DNA of 64,000 bases from Octopus sinensis (lineage: Eukaryota): assembly GCF_006345805.1 (NCBI RefSeq), contig NC_043005.1, positions 18,786,001 to 18,850,000 of the forward strand, in the 5' to 3' direction. The translations under genes and the position numbers were made by a program. The notes below the pieces were generated by a model that was not told the origin of the DNA, searched no databases, and saw nothing but the letters and a program-made list of their open reading frames with translations. The first letter of the stretch is position 1. Each line of letters starts with the position of its first letter. Below are positions 39,777 to 54,024 of this stretch, in pieces.

Positions 39777-41260
39777 TGTGACGTTATGTTTATATTGTAT
39801 GGAATTATCGTTGTTTTATTTCCAGGAGATTTCTAAATAAGGGGCGGTAGTGAGTGATTTTTCCGGTGTAGGGGAGATAATCGCTTAAAAAATTTTTTTT
39901 CCCATTTCCTTGTTAATTTCTCTGGGTACAGGGCAGCACCAGTCATTGCGAACTTAACAATGGGATACATGGAAATAATCATTTACCAGGAATCTCTATC
40001 AATCTTTGGAACTCCCTCTCTCAATACATAAAAGAGAATTGGAAACGATTCCTAGACGATTGTTCATTCTCTGGAATGAAAACATAGATAAACTCCTAAA
40101 ATTTAAAAACCTATTGAACAGCATAAACCCAAATATACAGTTCACAATGGAATACAACCAAAAGGAGCTCCCGTTCTTGGATATACTAATTAAAAAAATT
40201 AACCTTAAAATAGAAACAGACATTTTTACAAAGCCACAGACGCCAAACAATACCTTCTTTTTAATTCATGCCACCAAGACACACTAAAACAAACATCCCT
40301 TTCAACCTTGCAAGAAGGATATGCACAATAGTGTCAGAACAAAATACCAGGAACTTTAGACTGCAAGAAACTCAAAACACCCTAATTGACAGACATTACC
40401 CAGCTCAACTCATAGAGGATGGATCAGACGTGCAACAGAAATCAACATAGAAACTTTAAGAAAAGTTCAACACAACAACACAACCTTCCCCGAAAATACT
40501 ACCTTACATATCTACATACAACCCCAGAAACAAAGAGACCTTCACCATCATCACCCAGAATTTACCAATACTTCATAAAACCCAAAATTAAAGGAAATTC
40601 TAAACATACACCAAATCATTAAAAGCTACAAACAGCCTAAATCACTTAAAAAGATTCTCACAAAGGCAAAATTGTCTTCTAAAATTACGGATGCAAAAAG
40701 TAAAAAAATGTGGTAGATCGACTGTGCAACATGTCCTAACCTATTGGAAGGATCAGAATTCTTCTTTAAAGAGGGACAGAAATTTAGATCAAATCTAACT
40801 TTACTTGTGCCTCTGAAAACATAATTTATGTTATTAAATGCTGGGCTGCCACCAAGACTACGTGGGTTCCACGGGACTATCACTCAGGCGCAGATGCACA
40901 CTGCATCGACAACAGATTGCATTCCCAGAATATAGAATGATACCTTTTAGTGAGCACATTGAGAAATGCGCAAAGCAACTACTGCCACAATTTTTAATCT
41001 TCCCATTTTACCAATGTGCTTCGGATCATCAACACAAATGAGACTGAACAAGGAAACATTCTTCATTGAAAAGTACAAACCCAGACTCAACCATCCGACA
41101 TACTGACACAGAGAAATTAACAAGGAAATGGGAAAAAAAAATTTTTTAAGCGATTATCTCCCCTACACCGGAAAAAATCACTCACTACCTCCCCTTATTT
41201 AGAAATCTCCTGGAAATAAAAACAAAACGATAATTCCATACACTATAAACATAACGTCAC

Positions 41261-41298
41261 AGAAATTTGAAAAGCTACACGCGAAACCGGTAATTTCT
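41261..41298 (+). ncRNA. Minimal type I hammerhead ribozyme motif, U3-A8 variant
   Basis: AGAAAT-TTGAAAA-GC-TACAC-GC-GAAA-CCGG-TA|ATTTCT: perfect 6-bp stem I, 2-bp stem II, palindromic ACCGGT stem III, GUA triplet. Confidence 0.7.
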
Positions 41299-41480
41299 TT
41301 AAAAATTTTTAAATTATGTCATTTTAGGAAAGGAAAAAAATTTTTCCAATATTCTCCAGACATTTTGACACAAAATAATATATTTTTTAACATTTAAGCC
41401 TTCTGTCGTTTTTTTCACACTTTACTATTTTCTTATATATTCACCCACGTGCTTACCAACAAACTTTCTTATCTATATAA

Positions 41481-41524
<44 letters not shown>

Positions 41525-42244
41525 AAGTGTGTCTGGTGTGTGGTGTAATAATAACCACGTGTTAAATGTTGAAGTACATGTTTGCATGTTAATTTTGGTA
41601 ATGCAATATGAGTATAGTTTCCATAATGAATCTATATTTATGTGATGTTTACGGTAAAAAAAAAACCTTTGACGGTAAAGTCTGCAGGATTTCAATTATT
41701 GTATAAGAAGAAGAACAAAAGCCAGATATATCCAGTGCAATTCATGATAATGAAGCTGAGGTCTACAGATATCGGATATGGATTTAGGAAATTTAGAAAA
41801 TATATTCTTCCAAACCGACGGTAAACAAAACCTAACAAGGAAACATGAGAAATCTGAAATACAAAACAGTCACGTATCTAATGAAGCAGACACACACACA
41901 TACACACACACACACACACACATACACACACACACACACACATACACACACACACACACACATACACACACACACACATACACACACACACACACATACA
42001 CACACACACACACATACTTATATGCGTGTGTTATGTTTGCAAATGTATATAAGAACTCATTGGCCACAGCTCATTAGCTGAAACTGGAAAAATCAAAAAT
42101 CAAAAATCAAATATATATATGCAAACATAGAGTACTTATGTATACACACACACATATATATAGTATGTATAGATAATGTATACATATATGCATATATATA
42201 TATGTGCATGTGTATATATATATAATATAATATATATAATATAG

Positions 42245-42277
<33 letters not shown>

Positions 42278-42483
42278 TATATCCATATATATATATAATA
42301 AATATACATATGTATATATATGTGTGTGTGTGTATTAATATTATTTTTGCAATTTACTTAATCATTCACATTTTATTGTTATTTTAATTTTAATATTTCT
42401 ATTATATGTAATTTTCTAGATGGTGTAATTTAATTGTTCATCTTGAATTGATAAAAGGTGGATTTTTTCTAAGTTCATATATA

Positions 42484-42528
<45 letters not shown>

Positions 42529-42948
42529 ATTATATATATATATTATATATATATGTATATATATCTATATATATATATATATATAATATATATATATAGT
42601 ACAGTGTGTGTGTGTACAACACATTCGTTTGCAGATATGCATGTATCCAGGGTGTAGTAACATATACACATACTTCTGAATGTTATTTAGTTTTGCCCCC
42701 ATCCTCGGGGGGAATAAGGCGCACTGTTGTTGGCTAATTAATTGAGTTTCAATCATGACAAATCTGCATAATTTGTTTATATTGTTTCAAAAAGTGAGAC
42801 ATTCATTTTTGTCGTCTTCATATTATATAAGTTATTACAATACTTCACTAGAAAAGACATACCTTTGCATTTATCATAAAGTTTTTCTACTCGTGACAAT
42901 CCCTAAGGCATACATATATATCTGTATGAGTGGAATGTGCGTGCGTGT

Positions 42949-42993
<45 letters not shown>

Positions 42994-43129
42994 TGTGTGT
43001 GTGAGTGTGACTGTCTGTGTGTGTTTGTGCGGGCGTGCACGTGTATTTATTGCAGAACAACGATGAGGTTTAAGTGGAATGTTGCGCAGTGTTTCAAAAA
43101 GAGTTACGTAATTATGCGTCATGTTTTTC

Positions 43130-43447
43130 TGTTATCTGTTTCAGTCATTAGACTGCGGCCATGCTGGAGCTCCGCATTGAATTTTGAGAAGAATGAATCG
43201 GCCTTTGAACTTATTTTTTAAGCTTGGTACTAATCCTATCGGTTTATTCTGCTACACCGCTAAGTTACAGGTACGTAAACACACCACCACCGGTTGTCAA
43301 GTGGTGACGGGGGACAAACACATACATAGATATATATGCATATATATACGACGGGCTTCTTTCAGTTTCCATCTACCAAATAAACTCATAAGGCTTTGGT
43401 CTGCCCGAGTCTAGAGTAGAGGACATTTACCCAAGTTACCACGCAGT
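43130..43447 (-). mobile_element. SINE family A, diverged and truncated
   Basis: Family tail and core in reverse orientation. Confidence 0.75.
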
Positions 43448-43460
43448 GGTATACGAATAT

Positions 43461-43693
43461 GAAGGCTGCGAGCTGGCAAAAAAGTTAGCACGCCGGGCGA
43501 AATGCGTAACCGTATTTTCGTCTGCCGTTACGTTCTGATTCAATTCCGCCGAGGTCGACTTTGTCTTTCATCCTTTCGGGTCCCGATAATTAAGTACTAG
43601 TTACGCACTGGGGTCGATGTAATCGACTTAATCCGTTTGTCTGTCCTTGTTTGTCCCCTCTATGTTTAGCCCCTTGTGGGTAGTAAAGAAATA
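43461..43693 (+). mobile_element. SINE family B, tail 1, 13-bp TSD
   Basis: GGTATACGAATAT at 43448-43460 and 43694-43706. Confidence 0.9.
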
Positions 43694-43813
43694 GGTATAC
43701 GAATATCTATCAAGCTTTATTAATACGCTGACCTTCAATCTGAAACTACTTTGATAAGTACCAACGCACGAAACTCTCAGATCTGTAGTCACGCTGTAGC
43801 TCCTGCATTATTA

Positions 43814-43970
43814 AGGAGTGGCTGTGTAGTAAGAAGCTTGCTTCCCAACCACAAGGTTCCGGGTTCAGTCCCACTGCGTGGCAATTTGGGTAAGTGTCTT
43901 TTACTATGGCCTTGGGCCGACCAAAGCCTTGTGAGTGGACTTGGTAAACGGAAACTGAAAGAAGCCAGTC
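43814..43970 (+). mobile_element. SINE family A head/core, interrupted by the Helitron array
   Basis: Head through GAAAGAAGCC, then the Helitron TC start at 43977. Confidence 0.85.
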
Positions 43971-43976
43971 ATATCA

Positions 43977-45281
43977 TCTATATATATAAAACTGTAGTTG
44001 TGTGTCTGTCCCCTTCGATTTAGATTCCTAACTACTCCCACATTTTGCGGTGCAGTTTAACCAAATTCGGGTATCTTATAGTCGTGATTTATATCGAGCC
44101 CGTCTGGGTATTAGCGCGCGTCTACGATGAGTCTACGATTTTAAAAATAATTTAACATCATTTTTTATTCCATTTTAATGCATATTTTTCGTGTGTTGAT
44201 GGCGGCGGAGTTGGCATCCACGCTCACACCACACCTGCACCTTGTTGCTTCTCCCCCTTCTTCCCTCCCTCGTGAAGCTGTGGGGAAGGGAGTGTAAGGA
44301 AATCAACGTCGTAAAGCGTTGTCAAGGAGACCAGCGTTCTTTTAGAACAACGACTTCATGGCTTGAAGTCGCCAAAACAGAAATCGCTAAAAAAGCTGAA
44401 ACAGATCCAAAAAACGGCAATTACCGCCACACAGGGCAGGTTTCCTGTGCAACAATATTTGCACAACCGAATTTTTAGTTGTTGCACAAATCTTTTTATA
44501 TAAAAGTAAGGTTGTGTGTCTGTATCCTACAATTTAGATTCCTACTACTCCCACATTTTGTGCGGTGCAGTGTAACCAAAACCGGGTATCTTATAGTCGT
44601 GATTCATATCGAGCCCTTCTTGGTATTAGCGCGCGTCTACGATGAGTCTACGATTTTAAAAAAAAATGCCATCATTTTTTATTCCATTTTAATGCATTTT
44701 TCGCTATTATATAAGGGGAAGTAACTCTCTAAATGTCTCTACGATGAATCAACGATTTTAAAAAAAAATTACCATCATTTTTTTTCCATTTTTAATGCAT
44801 TTTTTGCTATATTTTTGCTATAACTCACTAAAAATGCTTATATAGTTATTTCCCTTACAAACCCGAGCAACGCCGGGCGATACTGCTAGTTATATATAAA
44901 AGTCAGTTGTGTGTGTTCTGTCTCCTACAATTTAGATACCTAACTACTCCCACATTTTGCGTGCAGTTTAACCAAAACCGGGTATCTTATAATCGTGATT
45001 CATATCGGCCCTTCTGGTATTACCGCGCGTCTACGATGAGTCTACGATTTAAAAAAAAATTACCATAATTTTTTTTCCATTTTTAATGCATTTTTCGCTA
45101 TTATATAAGGGAAGTAACTCTCTAAAAATGTCTACGATGAGTCAACGATTTTAAAAAAAATTACCATCATTTTTTTTCCATTTTTAATGCATTTATTTTG
45201 CTACTTTTTGGCTATAACTCTCTAAAAATGCTTATATAGTTATCTCCCTTACAACCCGAGCACGCCAGGCGATACTGCTAG
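43977..45281 (+). mobile_element. Head-to-tail trimer of non-autonomous Helitron family A
   Basis: Units start at 43977 (A|TC), 44491 (A|TC) and about 44890. Units 2 and 3 end CCCGAGCAACGCCGGG-type hairpin + ATACTG-CTAG|T at 44889 and 45281. Confidence 0.85.
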
Positions 45282-45293
45282 TATATATATATA

Positions 45294-45333
<40 letters not shown>

Positions 45334-45374
45334 GTATATATTATATGTATATAATGCATATATCATATACATGC

Positions 45375-45456
<82 letters not shown>

Positions 45457-45604
45457 TATATAGGACGTGTCGCTGAACGCTTGATTGCCACGGCTTCGAT
45501 GACTTAGTTGGTATGTCTACACAATTTATGTTGACTTGAGTCGATACAACATTACCTTGGTAAATGTTTCTAACATAGCCACAAAACATTAAAGGCAGCA
45601 TTCT

Positions 45605-45820
45605 TATATTTGTTTCAGTCGTTTGACTGCGGCAATGCTGGAGCACCACCTTTAGTCAAACAAATCGACTCCAGGACTTATTCTTTGTAAGCCGAGTACC
45701 TATTCTATCAGTCTCTTTTTGCTGAATCGCTGGTTCCAGGGACGTAAACACATCAACATCGGTTGTCAAGCGACGGTGAAGTGGGGGAGAGAAAAACAGA
45801 CACACACACTCACACACACA

Positions 45821-45878
<58 letters not shown>

Positions 45879-45978
45879 CGACAGGCTTCTTTAAGTTTCC
45901 GTCTACCAAATCCACTCAAGAGCCCGTGGTCGGTCCGAGGCTAAAGTAGAAGACACTTGCCCAAGGTGCTACGCAGTC
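45605..45978 (-). mobile_element. SINE family A
   Basis: Tail, microsatellite and core in reverse; the head is cut at the Tc1 insertion. Confidence 0.85.
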
Positions 45979-45991
45979 ATATATGTATATA

Positions 45992-47228
45992 CAGGTTTTG
46001 GACAAAATAATGGAAACACCTAGCATCATAGCATCGTAATTTTGTAATATCTATATAACCATCAAAAGCTTGTTTATTTTTGTGTTTTTGATTTATTATT
46101 AGTGTTGCTTAATATGTTTTGCTAAAATTGCTGTTTCTTTTCAGATATCAGTAGGAAAACGTAAAATTCATTAAAATGTCAGATCTATCGGACTTTCCAA
46201 GAGGTCAAACTGTTGGTGCATGTAAGGCAGGCGCTATTGTAACGAAAGCAGCCAAAATGTTCGGTACATAAAGAACTGTCTCGAAAGTAATGACAGCCTT
46301 TGAGAAAGAGGGAAAAGCCTTCTCGTCGAAACAAAACTCCGAAAGGAAATTAAAACTTTCAGATAGAGACCGTCGAACTCTTAGGCGAATTGTTAAAAAG
46401 GATGACAAAATTACAGCTCCCAAGTTACTGAAGAACGTAAAGGCCACCTCGAGAACCCAGTTTCCTCAAAAACTGTTCGCCGGGATCTGCGTAAAGCCGG
46501 ATTTCACGGGAGGACTGCAATCAGAAAAACACTACTTTCAAAAAGAAACGGTGCAAAGTATTTAGAATAGAGTAAGAACCCACAGAATTGGTCACTAGAG
46601 CAGTGGAAGAATGTTATTTTCTCGGACGAGTCACCCCTTACTTTATATCCGACGTATGAAGACAGCCCAAAAAAACATTTGACCCAGACAGCCTTCTTCC
46701 AACTGTTAAACATGGTGATGATCTGGAGGGGTATATTTTGGAAATCCGCCAGCCTAATGATTTCCGTTCAAGGCAGCATTAATAGTCAAGACTATTTAAG
46801 CATTTTATCTGATCAAATTCGTCCTATGGTTGCGGAAATGTTTCCGGATGGAAACGCAATCTTTCAGGATGATAATGCACTAATTGACACAGCTAAAGTT
46901 GTTACTGAATGGCACGAGGAACATTCTAGTGAAGTTGAACATCTTATCTGGCCACCACAGTCCCCAGATCTCAATATTATTGAGTATTTATGGTGTATTT
47001 TAGAAAAACAACTAAGGAATCGATGTCCTCCACCATCATCACTACAAGAACTGGAGGCTGTTTTAGCTGAAGAATGGACAAAAGTTCCTTTGAAAACAAT
47101 TCGAAGTTTGTACGAGTTCATACCTTATACAATTCAAGCAGTAATTAGTGCCAAATATGGTCCTACCCCATATTAAAATAAATTTGTTTGAAATTTTAAG
47201 GTATTTCCATTATTTTGTCCAACCCATG
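45992..47228 (+). mobile_element. Tc1-family (DD34E) element, transposase pseudogenised
   Basis: TIRs CAGGTTTTGGACAAAATAATGGAAACACC / GGTATTTCCATTATTTTGTCCAACCCATG with TA flanks. ATG at 46176 (MSDLSDF); WKNVIFSDES, FQDDNA, WPPQSPDLNIIE; stop at 47176. Confidence 0.95.
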
Positions 47229-47280
<52 letters not shown>

Positions 47281-48288
47281 TGTGTGTGTGTGTGTTCGTG
47301 CGTGTATTTGTGTCTGTGTGTATATAGATATGTGGTGTGTGTGTATGTATGCTTGTATTTGTGTGTCTGTTCTTGTCCACCACTATCTCTTGACAAGCGA
47401 CGTTGGTGCCTCTAAGTCCCTATAACTTAGCAGTTCGGCAAAACATGCCGATAGAACAAGCGCCAGGCATACAAAGAATAAATCCCGAGGTCGATTTGTT
47501 CGATTAAAGGCTTGCTCCAGCATTGCCGCAGCCAAAATCACTGATACAAATAAAAATGACCGAGCAAGTATTCTAAACCCATTTCATTCCTAGAAAGGTA
47601 TAAAATTTGGTCTCCCGAATGGAAATAAATGAAAAGTTATCAATGGATGCAATGTATTTTTGATTTCGCAAGGAATAGTTATTATAAAAAATACTGGTAG
47701 GAATATAGTAGAAATTATGTATTGGATAGTTTCTTACATTGGCCAAAGTCCAGTTTCATGCTGTGAAAATGGTGAAGAAGGATGCCATCGATTGAAGTAA
47801 ATATATAGTTGACCTCAGTACTTCAGGCTTACTAATTTTATCATGTGTTGTGTGTGTGTGTGTGTGTGTGTGTATCATGCAGAGTGAGTAAATGAAAGAG
47901 AGATGTCGCAAGCAAGATGAACTGATATAGAACGAAACGTTGGATGTAGAGACAGAGACAAAGAGAACAAGAAAAACAGCTAAATATTGAAAGAATAGAG
48001 AGAGGGGGAATGAGATTGAGAGAGAGAGAGAGGAGTGAGAGAGGGAATGAGTGAGCATGAAAGAGAGATAAAAGATAGTTGATACGATTTTCATTCTGGA
48101 TAACACAAAGCTACAGACTACTGTTGGATTGCTTTAATATACATTTCACTCATAGCGAAAGTTCATCGCTATCAAGACGGCATGGCACCATGACTGTCTG
48201 GTGCCAAACAATAACGAAAAAGTAAGTGGAATACATACATACATACATACATATCTACGTACGTATATATGTATATATGTGTGTGTGT

Positions 48289-48600
48289 GTGGAGGCGCAA
48301 TGGCCCAGTGGTTAGGGCAGCGGACTCGTGGTCGTAGGATCGCGGTTTCGATTCCCAGACCCGGCGTTGTGAGTGTTTATTGAGCGAAAACACCTAAAGC
48401 TCCACGAGGCTCCGGCGCGGGTGGGGGCGATCCCTGCTGTACTCTTCACCACAACTTTCTTTCACTCTTTCTTTCTGTGGCCTGCTCGCTTAGCCAGCGG
48501 GGGGTGGCGTCATTTGAAGGCTAAAACAATGCGAAGCGCATTGTGACCAGCGATGTGTAACAACATCTGATAGCCTGGTCGGTCTCGTGATCACGTGATA
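48289..48600 (+). mobile_element. tRNA-derived SINE, full length (same head as the copies at 1 and 4486)
   Basis: A/B boxes, GAGCGAAAACACCTAAAGC body, tail ...GCGCATTGTGACCAGCGATGTG...ATCACGTGATA. Confidence 0.88.
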
Positions 48601-49028
48601 TAATATATATATATATATATATATACATATATTATGATAGATATGCATCTACATATATACACACCCACTGAAAATATTAAGATAGGATGAGGGTTAACTT
48701 TCATTGGTATTTTCAAAGACAGGGAGCAATTGCCGTTAAATGTCCGCTCAAACAAAAACATCATGTCTATAAAAAGGAGGATGTGTGTGTGTGCGTGTGT
48801 GTGTGTACGTGATTGTAATTTATGCACATCCACAAATTAGCACGCATGTCGCTCCAATTTTAGGAGGACATTTGTCAACATTCTATCTGAGTTTTGTCAA
48901 CTTATTTTCCCCGAGGCACCCGTGGGTAGCGTAAATATCTATTTTCAGACATAGCTTTTAGCCACGAAAAATATCAGCCTTGGCTTTTTAGATGGCGTCT
49001 AACAAAAAAAAATAAGATAACGACAACT

Positions 49029-49200
49029 GGAAGAAGGAGGCAGAGAGTTTCACGGGAAAGACAAAGTGAGAGAGGGAGAGACAGAGATTAAATGACAACA
49101 TTCTTGCCAGCGTGTAACAAAAAATATGATAAAGAAAAGTGGAAGAAGGAGGCAGAGAGTTTCACGGGAAAGACAAAGTGAAAGAGGGAGAGACAGAGAG
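49029..49200. repeat. ~60-bp direct repeat, period about 112 bp
   Basis: GGAAGAAGGAGGCAGAGAGTTTCACGGGAAAGACAAAGTG at 49029 and 49141. Confidence 0.9.
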
Positions 49201-49509
49201 AGTAAGTTATGACGTTCATAAAAAATAAAATGTAAAATGTTCTGTTTTTTTTTGTTTTTGAAAGACACTATATTTTATAATCATAGTATATATACTTTAG
49301 TGAAAATCGCGCGAGTGTTAATCTACAAATTTAACAACATTTTTTCCATTTCTGTTTATGAATATGTATGCGTGCACAAAACATGCAATAGGTGTACGTA
49401 CGTATATGTGTGTATGTGTGTTCGTGTTTGTTGCCCATATATATGTATATTATATATATATATATATAAATATAATATATATATATATATTATATATTCT
49501 ATATATATA

Positions 49510-49555
<46 letters not shown>

Positions 49556-49838
49556 GGATGTATATAATATAACTAATTTCAATGGATTTCGCCCAAATTT
49601 GACGTCTATATTAATTAAAAATTTGAATGAGAATTTCATGAGCGAACTTCACAAGAATTTTGAGTTGTTTCTGAACCTTAAATACGAGATCATTGAAGGA
49701 GAATTGGTCAAGTTTAAAATCTTATGTCAATGATTCTGAAACGTCGTGTGTGTATGTATATATCTATATATCACTTATAAACTTTAATAATTTATAAGCT
49801 TTAAGCTCACAGAAAATTATTATTATTAGTAGTAGTAT

Positions 49839-49882
<44 letters not shown>

Positions 49883-49939
49883 TTTACAGAAGTGCAAAAT
49901 TGACACCGCTTACCAAATAATCGCACATGTGTGTGTGTG

Positions 49940-49970
<31 letters not shown>

Positions 49971-50130
49971 ATATATATATATACACGCACACACACACAC
50001 ACACTTGATTGACCGAAGTCACCCGACGGTGAATCAAAATTCAATACATGTCTCATATTCAATTTTATTTATTCCTTCCAATTATTAATGTTCCATAATT
50101 AAATGGTGTGAGTTAAAATCACCGTTTTGC

Positions 50131-50178
<48 letters not shown>

Positions 50179-52656
50179 GAGAGAGTGAGAGAGAGAGAGA
50201 AAGACTGACAAACAGACAGAGAGTATATTTGTGCATAATAGTATAATATATATAAGTGTCTTCTATTTTAGCCTTCGGTCGACCAAAGCGTTGTGAAAGG
50301 ATTTGGTAGACGGAAACTGAAAGAAGCACATCCTATATATACATATCCATATATATCCACCACCACTTGACAACCGATACTGGTGTGTTTACGATCCCGT
50401 GATTCAGCGGTTCGGCAAAATAGCGCGATAGTATAAGTAACACACTCACAAAAATAAGTACCGGGGTCGATTCATTCGACCACAGATTCTTTGACACGGT
50501 GAAAACACCATGACCGCAGTCTAATCACCGAAACATGTATCAGAAAGATATCATTTTTCAGTTTTCCCTTTTGATTCTCTTTCTCGATAACCATTTTTTT
50601 TATCACTTGCTTTATCAATCTTTTAGCAGCTTTTACATAATCTGGAAATTTGTATCTCTGACATCACTTTTAGACTTTCAGCAGTGCCATCAAATTTATA
50701 CATTTCTTCATCCGTTCTTTGTTTTGTTTTTCTTTTTAAATACTGCATTCCTCTTACTTACCCTTTTCAGCTACACGCGCGCCTGCTTATAAAGACATAC
50801 ACAGGTTTCAGTAAAATGCCGAAAAAATTACATAACGATTGTAGGAACATCATTCAATTTTGTACGTCACCTCATCGTATTACGCACAATAGCTAATCCT
50901 GAGGTTGATACCCCACATCGTGCAATACTATATTGGAGTGGGACGGCAGCATTAATAATAATATAATTATCCTTTCCTCTTTGTCACTTAAATAAACTGA
51001 TAATTGAAATTGGCTACCTTAACAGATAAAGTACTAATTAATTTTAATAATACAGGTACCTCATGATACTCAGTTGTTAGTATCTTTCTTAATGGTGTTA
51101 ACACTTTTCATAATTATACTTTAGTTCTTGTGGTATAAACCTCTATGACTGATTTTACAACCATATGTAGATATATAGTTCGATGTAAACTGCTAATTAT
51201 TGCCATATAATGTAGCGTAAGTGATTTAAAATATGTAGATTAATACTGAGAATTGATATACCGAACAAGTAGGACCAAGATGGATTCCTAGTATTCAATT
51301 GTATTTACCAAGGGAGACGGAAATTCTCGCTGAATGCAACCGCTTCATTTAATACTGCATAATTCAGTGATTTGTATTAACGTTTGTAGATGTTTGCGAC
51401 TGAGTGTTCTTGTATATGTGGGTGTGGTGTGTGTGTGTGTGTGTATGTGTGTGTGTGTTTGTGTGTGTGTCTGTGTATGCCTCTGTGTGTATACATATAT
51501 GTTCATATGTATATATATGTATGTATATATATATAGAGATAGATAAATAGATAAACAGATATATATATATATATATGTGTGTGTATATATATGTATATAT
51601 ACACATATATATGTATGTATGTATGTATGTATGCATGTTTTTATGTATATGTATACACATACATAAATGCACACATACACACACACACACACATATATAT
51701 ACATATATATAATATATATCTGATACCCGTAAACATGTATTTATGCAGATATATGAATGCCACATGCCTATATGTACCATATTATACTGTATATACTATA
51801 TTATGAGTATATTACACATACATGTATACACACACACATATATATATATATATATGTATGCATGCATATATATATATATATATATATACATATACATATC
51901 TACATACATACATATCTACATATATACACATATACATATATATGTATATATATATATATATTTATATATATATGTATATATATGTATATAGACACACACA
52001 TACGTATCTATGTATATTAGAAACACTTATGCAAGCATGTATGTGTCTATCTATGTATGTATTTATCTTCCTATTTCTCTATCTATGTTTCTGTTTGTTC
52101 CATCTATACGCATATATGCATATAGGCATATATGCGTGTCTCTGTATGTGTTGTGTAATCACACGCTTTCATTTCTTAAATAGAATTAGCTAATGCAGCA
52201 AAGTCTTGAATAACTGGAATGTCGCCTCTTATGAGTAATCAATACATGGCAGTAATAAAATTAATTTCTTCTCCTTCTAAAATAATAGCTGCCTGTTTAC
52301 GTATTCTTGGTGATATGCTGATTTCCAAGCCTAAAATTATTGTCTATATTGCTTTTAAAATATAACTGTTAATTTACTTAAATTTGATGGTATTCTGAAA
52401 TCTCTGAGTTTCAATATCTACCATAACTGGTGAAATTAATACCCTTATACAAAAATCAATTTGCTTTCTTTGAAAGATTTTTTTTTGCTATGTTTATACA
52501 CTAAACAGCTCGCAAATGTGGTTAAAATGGCCATGTCCCTTTCCTTTTTGATGATATGTATAGATATAAATATGAACAAACGTATGTTTGTATGCATGTA
52601 TGTACATATGTGTTTATGTATATATGTGTATGGCTCAATGTGTGTATGTATTTCTA

Positions 52657-53062
52657 GGCGTAGGAGTGGCTGTGTGGTAAGTAGCTTGCTTGCGAACCAC
52701 GTGGTTCTGTGTTCAGTCCCACTGCGTGGCACCTTGGCAGGTGTCTTCTACTATAGTCTCGGGCCGTTCAAAGACTTGCTAGTCGATTTGGTAGACGGAA
52801 ACTGAAAGAAGCCCGCCATATATATGTACGTATATATTTGTGTATGTGTGTGTGTATATGTTTGTGTGTCTGTGTTTGTTCCCCCAACATCGCTTGATAA
52901 CCGATGCTGGTGTGTTTACGTCCCCGTAACTTAGCGGTTCGGCAAAATAGAACGATATAATAAGTACTAGGCTTACAAAGAATAGATCCTGGGGTCATTT
53001 GCTCGACTAAGAGCGGTGCTCCAGCATGGCTGCAGTCAAATGACTGAAACAAGTAAAGAGAG
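52657..53062 (+). mobile_element. SINE family A, full length
   Basis: Matches the family consensus. Confidence 0.9.
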
Positions 53063-53461
53063 TATATATTTCATCTTTCCAACTGGTGTCATACCGACTA
53101 ATAAGGGCCGGTTTCCCTTATTAGTCACTCTTTCTTCCTGTTACTGTTGTACCTGTATTTCAAAGGGGCCAGCCTTGTCACGCTGAATCTCCCTGAGAAC
53201 TACATTAAAGGGTACACATGTCTATGGGCTGCTCAATCACTTGAACGTTAATTTCACTTGTAGCCTGTTCCGTTGATGGGATCAACTGAAAATCTCGTCA
53301 TTGCAACCGATGGAATACATATATATATACATATACATGCATATAATAATATATATATTATATACATATACATACATATATATATATACATACATATATA
53401 TATATATACATACATATATGTATATATATATAAATATGTATATTTATATACATATATATAT

Positions 53462-53529
<68 letters not shown>

Positions 53530-53530
<1 letters not shown>

Positions 53531-54024
53531 TAGCATTATCGCCCGGCGTTGCTCGGGTTTGTAAGGGAAAAAACTATATAAGCATTTTTAGAGAGTACTT
53601 CCCTTATAGATGCCAATTCGGGCTTTCTTAGCTATTTCTGTTTTGTGTTCTTCAAGCCATGAAGTCGTTGTTTTAAAAGAACGCTGGTCTCCTTGACAAC
53701 GCTTTACGACGTTGATTTCTTACACTCCCTTCCCCACAGCTTCACGAGGGAGGGAGAAGGGGGGGGGAAAAAACAGGTGCAGGTGTGACTATGGACGCCA
53801 ACTCCGCCGCCATCGACACACGAAAAATTATGCATTAAAATGGAATAAAAAATGATGTTAAATTATTTTTAAAATCGTAGACTCATCGTAGACGCGCGCT
53901 AATAGCCAGACGGGCTCGATATGAATCACGACTATAAGATACACGAATTTGGTTAAACTGCACCGCAAAATGTGGGAGGAGTTAGGAATCTAAATCGAAG
54001 GGGACAGACACTCACACAACTACA

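Larger units (their letters stand above)
39606..41434 (+). mobile_element. Penelope-like element (Neptune-type), 5'-truncated, with ~320-bp inverted terminal repeat
   Basis: RT motif WKRFLDDCFILW, linker CGRS(N/T)CATC, GIY-YIG NIIYVIKC...YVGSTG. 39606-39924 is the reverse complement of 41109-41434. Confidence 0.92.

Noticed and set aside
48289-48365. tRNA gene calls for the tRNA-like heads (also at 1, 4720, 16958, 37460)
   Set aside because: They continue into SINE bodies or tails and lack convincing acceptor stems, so they are treated as SINE heads.
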